Of a DNA stretch of 64,000 nt, positions 49,206 through 58,117 are shown piece after piece. Position 1 is the first letter of the stretch; each line of letters opens with the position of its first letter. A program made the position numbers and the translations under genes. The notes under the pieces are model-generated. The model worked only from the letters and a program-made list of their open reading frames with translations, made no database searches and was not told the DNA's origin. Location of the stretch: positions 601 to 64,600 of the forward strand of contig JABJHR010000003.1 of assembly GCA_018661705.1 (NCBI GenBank), written 5' to 3'. The stretch comes from Candidatus Woesearchaeota archaeon (GTDB lineage Archaea > Nanobdellota > Nanobdellia > Woesearchaeales > DSVV01).

Positions 49206-50330
49206 ATGTTTAAAAATAAAAGGGGTATTACACTAGATAAAGTCTTTTTAGTAGAAGCTATACTCATTGTAGTTGTATGTGCCTCCATCATGGTTTACAT
49301 TGGAAATTTATATAATGATACTTCATTTGACAAAAGAATAATTGCAAGAGATCTTGCATTTTTAGCTGATTCTGCTCAATCTGTCCCGGGAAATTTATAT
49401 TACGAATATACATCTCCCTTGGGTAAAAAAGATCATTCATTTATTTTTTCAAAAAACACCGCAATAATTGCAGAAGGTTGGTTCGCAAAGGTGGGATATC
49501 CTTTTTTCTATAACAAAAACATGATGTTTGAGTCATTTCCAATTGCTTTCAAGAAAAGTTTTTCTATTAGTAATTTTAATAATGTTTTAGTAATATCTCC
49601 TGAAAAAAGATTTGGGTTAAAACAACCAAAAGATCAATTTTATGTGGAAACTCCTTCACAAACATATGAGATAAGTGAAACTAAACAAGTTGCTGAACAA
49701 ACATTAGAATGCACACCACCAAAACTAGAAACTAAATTTACATTTGACATAATTGCTATTGATGCTGATGGAAATTCAGATACACCAAAACAAAACATTG
49801 CGGGAACACAAGTAGAGCATTTAATAACACATGATATTTCAAAAGCAATAATAGAAGAATTAAACATAATTTTAGAAGGCATTATTATTGAAACAAGACC
49901 AGAAATAGATACAACATACGATACAGAATCAAAATTACTTCTTATTCCACCTTCAACAAGTTTTATTTTACAAATAAGTACTGAACAAACACAAAATCAA
50001 AACAATAATCCAGTATATGCTTATATTCCAAAGAATAGTGAACTAAGCAATTACCTTGCTTGCACCATATTACAAAATTTGAAAAAAGAATTGCCAGAAG
50101 TAATCACGGAAACAAAGATATTAACACAGAACCAAGAAGATAATTTATTGTTATATGCAAATAAAGATCCAACTGGTGTAAATACAAATAAACAAAATTT
50201 AGCTATAAAAATTGGAATAGGAAACATCCTGCATGATAATAATCTATTATATGAAAAAGAAACCACGAATATAATTGCTTATTCAATAGCTCAAAGTATT
50301 GAAGAATTTCAAGAATCAATTAACAACTAA
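49206..50330 (+). CDS. Pilin-like protein (374 aa).
   Basis: MFKNKRG|ITLDKVFLVEAILIVVVCASIMVYI. Confidence 0.5.
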   Translation: MFKNKRGITLDKVFLVEAILIVVVCASIMVYIGNLYNDTSFDKRIIARDLAFLADSAQSVPGNLYYEYTSPLGKKDHSFIFSKNTAIIAEGWFAKVGYPFFYNKNMMFESFPIAFKKSFSISNFNNVLVISPEKRFGLKQPKDQFYVETPSQTYEISETKQVAEQTLECTPPKLETKFTFDIIAIDADGNSDTPKQNIAGTQVEHLITHDISKAIIEELNIILEGIIIETRPEIDTTYDTESKLLLIPPSTSFILQISTEQTQNQNNNPVYAYIPKNSELSNYLACTILQNLKKELPEVITETKILTQNQEDNLLLYANKDPTGVNTNKQNLAIKIGIGNILHDNNLLYEKETTNIIAYSIAQSIEEFQESINN

Positions 50331-50355
50331 AAAAGTTTGGGAGACACAACATAAG

Positions 50356-50955
50356 ATGAACAAAGTTAAAATAAATAAAAAAATTGGAAAAATAGGGAAA
50401 AAATCACAATTAGCATACTTCCAACTAATGTTTTTGTTCATAAGAATTGCGGTTCTTTTATTGGTATTATTTTCAATTGTTATACTTGTTCATATGTTCA
50501 TAAATGAGAGTACAAATATACAAAAAGAGGAAATCAACATGTTTACAGAGTTTTTATTATACTCTAAACACGGACTAAGCCATTACGACAAACAAGCAGG
50601 TAGACTTTACCCTGGAATTTTAGATTATGCAGAGTTAACTAACACAGGTTTAATTCAAGCAAAATTAGATTATGCTTTTGATTATGGAGATTACAAAGTA
50701 ATGGCAATTAAATTTAAATTTAACAGTTTAGTACCAGAAGTATCCGAAATCCAAGAATTTTATTATAATAAAGAGAGATATGATGAGTGGTTACATTTAA
50801 CAGGACTTAAAGCACGAATCACAAAACAGTTTGTTACAAAAAAACAAAGAACTGTTAATGTTATCATCAGAAAAGAAATTGAAATAGAAGGAATAATTAA
50901 AGAACAGTTTTTCCCTACAAAATTAGAATTAACAATGCTAAGCCCAAACACATAA
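50356..50955 (+). CDS. Pilin-like protein.
   Basis: MNKVKINKKIGKIGKKS|QLAYFQLMFLFIRIAVLLLVLF. The start is placed at the internal ATG (50356) just after the upstream stop. Confidence 0.45.
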   Translation: MNKVKINKKIGKIGKKSQLAYFQLMFLFIRIAVLLLVLFSIVILVHMFINESTNIQKEEINMFTEFLLYSKHGLSHYDKQAGRLYPGILDYAELTNTGLIQAKLDYAFDYGDYKVMAIKFKFNSLVPEVSEIQEFYYNKERYDEWLHLTGLKARITKQFVTKKQRTVNVIIRKEIEIEGIIKEQFFPTKLELTMLSPNT

Positions 50956-50967
50956 GAGAATTAAAAA

Positions 50968-51507
50968 ATGATAAAAAACAAAAAAGCACAAGAAACAATT
51001 ACAACAGATGCAATAGTTACACTTTTAATTGTTGTAGTGATTACTATGAGCTTTTTTTATGTAAATCTATTACCACATAACAAAGTAGAGAATAAAATTG
51101 AAGCCGATTATGAGGATTTAGAATCAAGAAGAGAATTATTTACATTACTAAAAACCCCATTAGACACACCATTTGAATCAGACTACGGAAATTCAGCAGA
51201 TAATAACTTTGCAAGCCTAATTGTTAAGTATCATCATTCTGAAGGTGATGTAAAACAAGAGTATAAAACAAAAGTTCAAGAATTCATTAAATCCTATACT
51301 CAAGAAAAAAGTCTTTGCTTTAATTTAGTAATAAGTGCAGATAATGATTATGAAACAGAGTTTATTGGTGATAATTCCATTTGTACAGAATATTATTTAG
51401 ATTATATTTCCATAAATGAACTTATTGCACATTTACCAACATTAGACTCAGAAAAAACAATCATGGTTGAAATGATGAAAACTAGATTTAAGGTTTGGGA
51501 AGGCTAG
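50968..51507 (+). CDS. Pilin-like protein.
   Basis: MIKNKKA|QETITTDAIVTLLIVVVITMSFFYV. Confidence 0.5.
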   Translation: MIKNKKAQETITTDAIVTLLIVVVITMSFFYVNLLPHNKVENKIEADYEDLESRRELFTLLKTPLDTPFESDYGNSADNNFASLIVKYHHSEGDVKQEYKTKVQEFIKSYTQEKSLCFNLVISADNDYETEFIGDNSICTEYYLDYISINELIAHLPTLDSEKTIMVEMMKTRFKVWEG

Positions 51508-51531
51508 TGTAAGAAGAAAAGAAAAAATCAA

Positions 51532-52851
51532 ATGAAAAAAATAAAAACAAACACCAAAATTTGGAAAAACAAAAAAGCAGCACACGTGTTTATGTTAATC
51601 TTATTAGGAATTACAATAATTGCATTTGCATCACTAATAGGAATTTTAAACATAAAATTAGGGCACGTAAAGCCTCTTGGTGAAGCCCCAATAACAATTT
51701 TCAAGGCTGTTCATGAGGGAGAGGATATATTAAATTATGTTGATGAAGGGGCAAAACATGCCGTAAGACAAGCAGAGTTTGACCTTGCAATGCAAGGCGG
51801 CGTATTAACATCTGGTTGTGGAAATCTAAACGGAATTAATTATTGGTATAAAGATGGGAAATTATGCATGCCAAAACAATACAAAGAAGATTTTAAGCAG
51901 ATTTTGTCTCAAAACTTGAATGTTGGTTATTACATTAAAACATCTGGATTAGACATTCCAACAAATAACTATGAAATAAAAATTCTCCCAAACAAAGTCT
52001 TAGGATTGGCAAAAAAAGAAATTGTTATTGATGGAACAAGAGTAGAAGTTCCGACAACTTTTAGTTATAATGTAGAATCCACTAATGCAGCAATAGAAAA
52101 AGATAAATTAGAGCAAACAAAAACACCTTCAAGCAATTTAATAACTGAAAATAAAGAACAAGGTAAAGAGAATATTATTTTACTGGGACAAGAATGCCAA
52201 ATCACTAATTTTATTTTAGATTCTGAATCATTATGGTATAACAATGCAGGGGGCATTAAAAATGCTGCAATGATTGAGGAATCAACTGAATATTACTACA
52301 ATCCAAATTATCATCGTAACAAGTTTTATGGTACAATAGAAATGGTAAATATGCTAGAAAAAGCAAGCTGCATTACAAAAGAACTTACAGGAGCAAGAAC
52401 TAGAATACACGATCTTAGCGCAAAGCAAGGAGGAAAAATTGGTCACAGATCACATCAAAACGGAAGAGATGTTGATACAGGTATTTTAAAAAACAGTGGT
52501 GGAAAAATCACATCTGTATTTAAAAATTTAAATGGTTCTAAAATAGATCTTTTTGATGCAAAAGCAAACTGGATATTCCTTAAAGCAATTTATTTATCTG
52601 CAAATATTGAAATGATAGGAACAGACAAAGAATTTATTGATAAGCTAAAATCATATACAGAACAAAATGAACCAGATAAAGAACTTGCAGCTAATATCAT
52701 TAAAAAATTATCTTATTGGAAGGGTCATGCAGATCATTACCACATTAGAATTTATTGTAGCCCAGAAGATAAAATGTGCAAAGACGGGTCTGCTAAAAGC
52801 TCAGAAAAAGCATACTGGAAAAACCAAGTAGAGGAGTATTTGGAAACATGA
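51532..52851 (+). CDS. Membrane-anchored LAS-family zinc peptidase, a homolog of MepA (peptidase M74, penicillin-insensitive murein DD-endopeptidase).
   Basis: IGHRSHQNGRDVD (SHQ.G.DVD zinc-ligand motif) and GHADHYHIRIY (H.DH.HVR motif), the two MepA/LAS signatures. N-terminus KNKKAAH|VFMLILLGITIIAFASLIGIL. Confidence 0.6.
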   Translation: MKKIKTNTKIWKNKKAAHVFMLILLGITIIAFASLIGILNIKLGHVKPLGEAPITIFKAVHEGEDILNYVDEGAKHAVRQAEFDLAMQGGVLTSGCGNLNGINYWYKDGKLCMPKQYKEDFKQILSQNLNVGYYIKTSGLDIPTNNYEIKILPNKVLGLAKKEIVIDGTRVEVPTTFSYNVESTNAAIEKDKLEQTKTPSSNLITENKEQGKENIILLGQECQITNFILDSESLWYNNAGGIKNAAMIEESTEYYYNPNYHRNKFYGTIEMVNMLEKASCITKELTGARTRIHDLSAKQGGKIGHRSHQNGRDVDTGILKNSGGKITSVFKNLNGSKIDLFDAKANWIFLKAIYLSANIEMIGTDKEFIDKLKSYTEQNEPDKELAANIIKKLSYWKGHADHYHIRIYCSPEDKMCKDGSAKSSEKAYWKNQVEEYLET

Positions 52852-54080
52852 GAAAAACCAAGTTTAAAACATTAGTTCAAACAATATTGGCATGCGTATT
52901 ACTCACAATGTTAATGTTTGTAGTTTCAACTACTATTTTTGGCGAAGAAATCATGTATATTGAAATCAATGAAGAAGACAACCTAAAAACCCTTAAAATC
53001 CTCGATGACTCAAATTTATTTTACTTATTTGGAGAGGATGAAGAAATTTACATAGGGGAGTTAGGAGAAGAAAGTTCATTAGAAAAGAAATTTATTGTTG
53101 AAGTAACAGATCAATTCAAAAAAACAATTTTAAAAGAAGAATTTAGTGATACAACAATATATATCCCTTACAACAAGAATATAAGACACATAAAAGCCTC
53201 AACATTTGGCCCTCAAATTCAAGAGAAGATAATAATAAACAAGGAATTCAATTTTTGTAACCAAAATAACATTTGTGAACCGTGTTTTGATAAAACCTGG
53301 TGTGAAGTAATGGAAAACTTTGTTTCTTGCCCAGAAGATTGTAATTCTGGCAGTAACGATAATTATTGTGATTTAGAACAAGATAGTGTATGTGATCCTG
53401 ACTGTATTAACACAAATGAAAATAATGTTGACAAAGACTGTGAATCCTGCCAAATATCTGATTATACCTTAGAAGGATATGAAAACATAGAAGAATTACA
53501 GGAAGAAACAAACAAACAAGAAATAACTCAAAGTAAAACATGCTATTACAACAATCTTAATCATCATTGTATGTTTGAATATAATGGTGTAAAATGCAAT
53601 AAAAAACAACATTGTTCAAATGGGGAATGGATTACACTTGAGGACAATACCGCATGTTGCTTAGAAGGATACTGTTTAGATGATGAAATACTAGCAATAA
53701 ACACACTAGAAGAAGAAAATTCATATCCTGCTGAAAAAAAAATAGAACCAACCATTAATATTGAAAAATATAAAGATTTTGGAACAGAACAAAAAGATTA
53801 TATTGGAACAATTATTTTATTTAGTATAATTATTTTGATAATTATAATAACTGGAACCCTGTTATTGTTTTATGAAATTAAAAAATCTAATGGTCATCAA
53901 GCTTCACCAGTGAAAAATAAATTACGGGCAAATGAATTAATCAGAACAATAAATGAATTACATTCCAAAGGAATGAATTATTCTAAAATTAAACAACATT
54001 TGATTAGAAGAGGATATTATGAAGAAGAAATAGATAATTACCTAAATCATCATCATTCTTCAAATAAAAATCACAATTAA
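52848..54080 (+). CDS. Type-I membrane protein with an extracellular Cys-rich acidic domain.
   Basis: N-terminal signal anchor, Cys-rich middle (CEPCFDKTWCEVMENFVSCPEDC ...), a TM near residue 330 (IGTIILFSIIILIIIITGTLLLF), and a basic/His-rich tail. 4-nt overlap with the upstream gene. Confidence 0.5.
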   Translation: MRKTKFKTLVQTILACVLLTMLMFVVSTTIFGEEIMYIEINEEDNLKTLKILDDSNLFYLFGEDEEIYIGELGEESSLEKKFIVEVTDQFKKTILKEEFSDTTIYIPYNKNIRHIKASTFGPQIQEKIIINKEFNFCNQNNICEPCFDKTWCEVMENFVSCPEDCNSGSNDNYCDLEQDSVCDPDCINTNENNVDKDCESCQISDYTLEGYENIEELQEETNKQEITQSKTCYYNNLNHHCMFEYNGVKCNKKQHCSNGEWITLEDNTACCLEGYCLDDEILAINTLEEENSYPAEKKIEPTINIEKYKDFGTEQKDYIGTIILFSIIILIIIITGTLLLFYEIKKSNGHQASPVKNKLRANELIRTINELHSKGMNYSKIKQHLIRRGYYEEEIDNYLNHHHSSNKNHN

Positions 54081-54111
54081 AAATTAATATGATTATAACA
54101 GTTTAAAAAAA

Positions 54112-57100
54112 ATGAAAAAACAAAAAATAAAATTAGAAGGCAAGCAGTTATTTGTTATAGCCTTAATTGCAATTTTCATAGTTGCCAGCATATTATTTTT
54201 AAGTGATTCAACAACAAATGTAGATAAAAATCTTATTGGAAAAGCCACCACTACCCAAAATCAATATCCGGAAGATTATAAAGTCGTGTTTCTTTCTGAC
54301 ACACATGTATCATTAAATGGTGGAGTTAGACAAGACTTTAAAGATGCTGTACAAGCCACACTAAAATTAAATCCAAATATGGTTGTAGTATTAGGTGATA
54401 TGGTTAATGGTGGAAGAAGTTCAACAAGCACAATAAAAATTCAATCTGCATGGGAGAAGTTTGATGAAACAATACTGCCTTTAATAGATGCAGGCATTGC
54501 CGTATTTCCTGTTGTTGGAAATCATGATGCCGCTTATACAGATGAACTAGAACAAGGTTACAAAAAACATTGGCAATCATACACAACCCCAATATCATTA
54601 AAAAGTGGAGTTATGAATAATTATTATAGTTTTGAATATAGTGGGGATTTACATATTGTGCTTTATGTTCCAAACAGAATAAAACATGATAAGCAACAAT
54701 TAAATTGGTTAGATGAACAATTAACACAAGCACATACATTAAATCAATTAACAAATGAAAAACCGTATAGAAATGTTTTCTTATACACTCACAAACCAAT
54801 TATAACAATTAGTCCGCAATCAAGCCAACTTTATACCAAAGAGTTAGGAGAGATTATTAAAAATAGAATTTCTGCTGTTTTTTCTGGCCATGATCATGTT
54901 GTTGGGGTAACAATTATTGCAGATACAAACGTCCCACAATTTATTATTGGAACAACAAGTGGTGCCCTTGGAAGAAGAAACAGCGATGGTGTTTTAAAAC
55001 CATACACTGATTTAGAAGGAAACTCATACCAAAATACCTTTGGGTATATGGAGATTAACTCTCAAGGCTACCAAGTTACAAATATAGAAGAACCATTTGA
55101 TCAATTAACATCAGCAATAGGTTATACACCAGGAATTCCACAACCAAAAGATTGTAAGGACATGATTGGTTATGAACACATGCCAAAAATTCCAGAAGTT
55201 GATAAATTTGATAATGAATTTTTTGAAGAGTATATGAAAAAGATTTCTGAATATGAACCATACATACAAGAATTATATGAAAATGAGAAATATCAAATTA
55301 GACCCGAATTAATTAAAGCAATTATGGTTCCTGAAAGCAGAGGTAATGTGTATAGAAATAAAAAATACAAAAAAATTGATAATGCTGGCAATAAAATTGA
55401 ACCAACTGCAAAAGTATTATGCAACGGTAGGTGCAAACAGTGTAATTTTTGTGGGGGTCCAGGTGATGCTGAATTGTGCATGGAAAACAGCAAAGAATGT
55501 ATTTATTATGATAAAAACACATGGGAAAAAAGCATTAGTTCTTCTTGTGGTTTCTGTAGTTTGATGCAAACTAACATAGGCAAATGTGAAGACGTAGAAG
55601 AATGTGATGTAGAAAGATTCCTTGCAGGAAATCCCAGAGATGCAATTTTCTCTTCTGCAAAGTACATAAAAATGATTATGCAATCTTACAAGAACACAGT
55701 AAAAACAGTAACAAATAATAAACTTCCAGAACACAATTATTATTGGGCAATTGGTTTTGCTTACAACAATGGCCCCGGTAGTTTAAAAGTTGCAATTAAA
55801 GAGATTACTAAAAACAAATATGGGGGAGATTATTCTAGATTTAATTGGTGGGAATTAACAAAAGAGGATTTTGAACCAATCATGCAACATTTTTCACCAC
55901 ATGTTTCTGTAAAAGATCCCCTTGGCAGAGTTTTGTATGCGTTGCGTGTACTAAAAATTCTTCAACACCAAAACTTTAAAGATTGCGGACAACCAAATGC
56001 AAATTTTAAATCAATAACAGAAACAACAACAAAAGAATTAAGTACACCAGATACTATCTACATGGATATTGAAGATCAATTTGTTTATCAAGTAGATCCC
56101 AGCTTTAGTATTCCTTTAACACATGATCTTGACGTATATGTAAGATTAAGAGAAAAAGTATTTTTAATTGCAAAAGAAGTGGAAGATTGTCATGAAAGTG
56201 AAAAATATTTGGTAGAGGTTATTAGTAAAAACACATATGATAAATGCATGACAAAAGTCATTTCAAATAATGCAGAAATAAACTTACCGCCAAAATTAAA
56301 ATTAGAAATATGTGAAACACATGACACCATTCCAAATTATGGTTTATGTTTTGAATCAAAAGAGAAAGTATTTGTGAAAACCAAAGACAAATACTCAATA
56401 CAACAATTAACATACAAGATAGCATTAGGTTTTGATATACCAGAACTAAAAAACAAGGAAATTAAGAATAAAGAAATAAAAATACAAGGAGCCCAAACAC
56501 AGTACGCAAGTGGCGATACAATAAATTACGACGACAAGATTTCATTTACTGAAACAACCCACAATAATAAAGAGACATTAATTATTTCATTAGATCCTAA
56601 ACATTTTGACATAAAAGTAGAAAGTGCAAAAACAATTACAGGGAATCAAAAAGCAACACTAAAAGAAATGGTTGAGAAAACGGGTGCAATTGCAGCCATC
56701 ACTGGTGGTTTTTTTAATGTAAACACTGCAGAAGCAGGTAAAAAATGTTCAAGACCAGAAAAACGAAGTGAACCACTTGGATTGGTTGTTGAAAATTCCA
56801 ATACTTTAAGTGAAATGTTTAATATGGATTGGGATTGTCATTTAATGCAACAAGGAACAATTGATCCGCACCATATTTTTGTTGTTGATAAAGAATCACC
56901 AGATGAATTTATAATTGAGAGAGAAGAATATAACACAAACTATTTTGACTCAAACACTCCCAATTATGCGCTTCAATCTGGAGCATTAATTTATAATAAT
57001 GAACTTTTGGAATGTCCGTTCTCTAAGTCTTTTTGTACATCTTCACCAAAAAGAACTCTTCTTTGTATTACAACAGACAATAAAATAAAATTAATGGTGT

Positions 57101-57954
57101 TTCAATCATTAGCTTTAACAAAACTTCCATCTTGGATAATTGAAGATTGTAAAGATTTACTTAATTTAGATGGTGGTGGTTCAACATCCATGGAATACAG
57201 GCAAGGAGAGTATCATTCTGTACAATGGGAACACAATAAATATGAAGATGGCCAATTAGTAAAAAAGAAAGAAAATCATTTTACAACACAATCAACAACA
57301 GATGGGGGAAGATCTATTGTTAATGGAATATTTATTTATCCAAAAAAAGAACAAAACAAAGATTCAGAATCTACAACAACTTCTGAAGAAAGAAAGATTG
57401 CTGTTTTTGGTGGTTCAGTTGTAGCTCAAGCCACAAGTAATGACAATTCTGTAGAGGACTTTATTACAAGATTAAATACAAAAAACATTGGTGAAATAAC
57501 GGGATATGGTGACTATATTGTTGAGAGCGGCGATATAAAATCAACATTATTAACAACACTAGATCAAAATCCCGATAATGAATATCATGAAATTTTAATT
57601 TTAGCTGAATCAGATAATGTTTGTGAAAGCTGGGAAATAGTTAAAGAAGATTTACAAGATATGTACACTTATGCTAAGAAATCTAAAAATCTGCGTGTTG
57701 GAGCATTAACTGCGTTACCATTTAAAGGACATTTCTCTTGGAAACCAAAATGTCAAGAAGGCCTTGAAGCTTTAAACAACTGGATAATGCAAGAAGCAAT
57801 TGATGTTGATTTTAGAGTAGATCTTTATACAAAACTAGTAGATCCAAATGATAACCAAAAAATAGCTGATTCTTTAACAGTAGATTTTTATCATCCTAAC
57901 AGTTTAGGACATGAAAGAATTACTGATGAAATTCTTCTAATAGGTTATTCATAA
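54112..57954 (+). CDS. Giant (1280 aa) membrane-anchored multidomain cell-wall hydrolase: metallophosphoesterase, SLT lytic transglycosylase, DUF2233/phosphodiester-glycosidase-like and SGNH esterase.
   Basis: N-terminal TM (LFVIALIAIFIVASILFL). Phosphoesterase motifs VVFLSDTHV, VLGDMVNGG, GNHD, GHDH. SLT motifs AIMVPES...GFCSLMQ...FAYNNGPG (ES / LMQ / AYNxGPG) with a Cys-rich insertion. AAITGGFFN...NLDGGGSTS (DUF2233 LDGGGS motif). C-terminal SGNH: IAVFGGS ... FYHPNSLGHERI (GDS-like block I and DxxH-like block V). Confidence 0.6.
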   Translation: MKKQKIKLEGKQLFVIALIAIFIVASILFLSDSTTNVDKNLIGKATTTQNQYPEDYKVVFLSDTHVSLNGGVRQDFKDAVQATLKLNPNMVVVLGDMVNGGRSSTSTIKIQSAWEKFDETILPLIDAGIAVFPVVGNHDAAYTDELEQGYKKHWQSYTTPISLKSGVMNNYYSFEYSGDLHIVLYVPNRIKHDKQQLNWLDEQLTQAHTLNQLTNEKPYRNVFLYTHKPIITISPQSSQLYTKELGEIIKNRISAVFSGHDHVVGVTIIADTNVPQFIIGTTSGALGRRNSDGVLKPYTDLEGNSYQNTFGYMEINSQGYQVTNIEEPFDQLTSAIGYTPGIPQPKDCKDMIGYEHMPKIPEVDKFDNEFFEEYMKKISEYEPYIQELYENEKYQIRPELIKAIMVPESRGNVYRNKKYKKIDNAGNKIEPTAKVLCNGRCKQCNFCGGPGDAELCMENSKECIYYDKNTWEKSISSSCGFCSLMQTNIGKCEDVEECDVERFLAGNPRDAIFSSAKYIKMIMQSYKNTVKTVTNNKLPEHNYYWAIGFAYNNGPGSLKVAIKEITKNKYGGDYSRFNWWELTKEDFEPIMQHFSPHVSVKDPLGRVLYALRVLKILQHQNFKDCGQPNANFKSITETTTKELSTPDTIYMDIEDQFVYQVDPSFSIPLTHDLDVYVRLREKVFLIAKEVEDCHESEKYLVEVISKNTYDKCMTKVISNNAEINLPPKLKLEICETHDTIPNYGLCFESKEKVFVKTKDKYSIQQLTYKIALGFDIPELKNKEIKNKEIKIQGAQTQYASGDTINYDDKISFTETTHNNKETLIISLDPKHFDIKVESAKTITGNQKATLKEMVEKTGAIAAITGGFFNVNTAEAGKKCSRPEKRSEPLGLVVENSNTLSEMFNMDWDCHLMQQGTIDPHHIFVVDKESPDEFIIEREEYNTNYFDSNTPNYALQSGALIYNNELLECPFSKSFCTSSPKRTLLCITTDNKIKLMVFQSLALTKLPSWIIEDCKDLLNLDGGGSTSMEYRQGEYHSVQWEHNKYEDGQLVKKKENHFTTQSTTDGGRSIVNGIFIYPKKEQNKDSESTTTSEERKIAVFGGSVVAQATSNDNSVEDFITRLNTKNIGEITGYGDYIVESGDIKSTLLTTLDQNPDNEYHEILILAESDNVCESWEIVKEDLQDMYTYAKKSKNLRVGALTALPFKGHFSWKPKCQEGLEALNNWIMQEAIDVDFRVDLYTKLVDPNDNQKIADSLTVDFYHPNSLGHERITDEILLIGYS

Positions 57955-58117
57955 TCTGAGCAGCAATTTAAGTAAATTATCACTAAAATTTAAGTTAATA
58001 ATTAGAAAAAATTGATTTCACACAGAACATATATTATCTATACTATAGGTCCAAATATAAGAACCCATATAAATAAAAGAAATTTGCTATTATTTATAAG
58101 ATAAGGGGGGATTTATT

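Noticed and set aside
50299-50355. ORF-track start at 50299 for the 50299-50955 gene.
   Set aside because: That ATG lies inside the upstream gene's last codons. The ATG at 50356 (MNKVKINKK...) just after the upstream stop gives the same prepilin-like N-terminus without overlap.
54404-55734. Cluster of 60-105-aa minus-strand ORFs inside the 54112 giant gene.
   Set aside because: They overlap a well-supported sense CDS with multiple catalytic motifs. Their composition is typical antisense noise.
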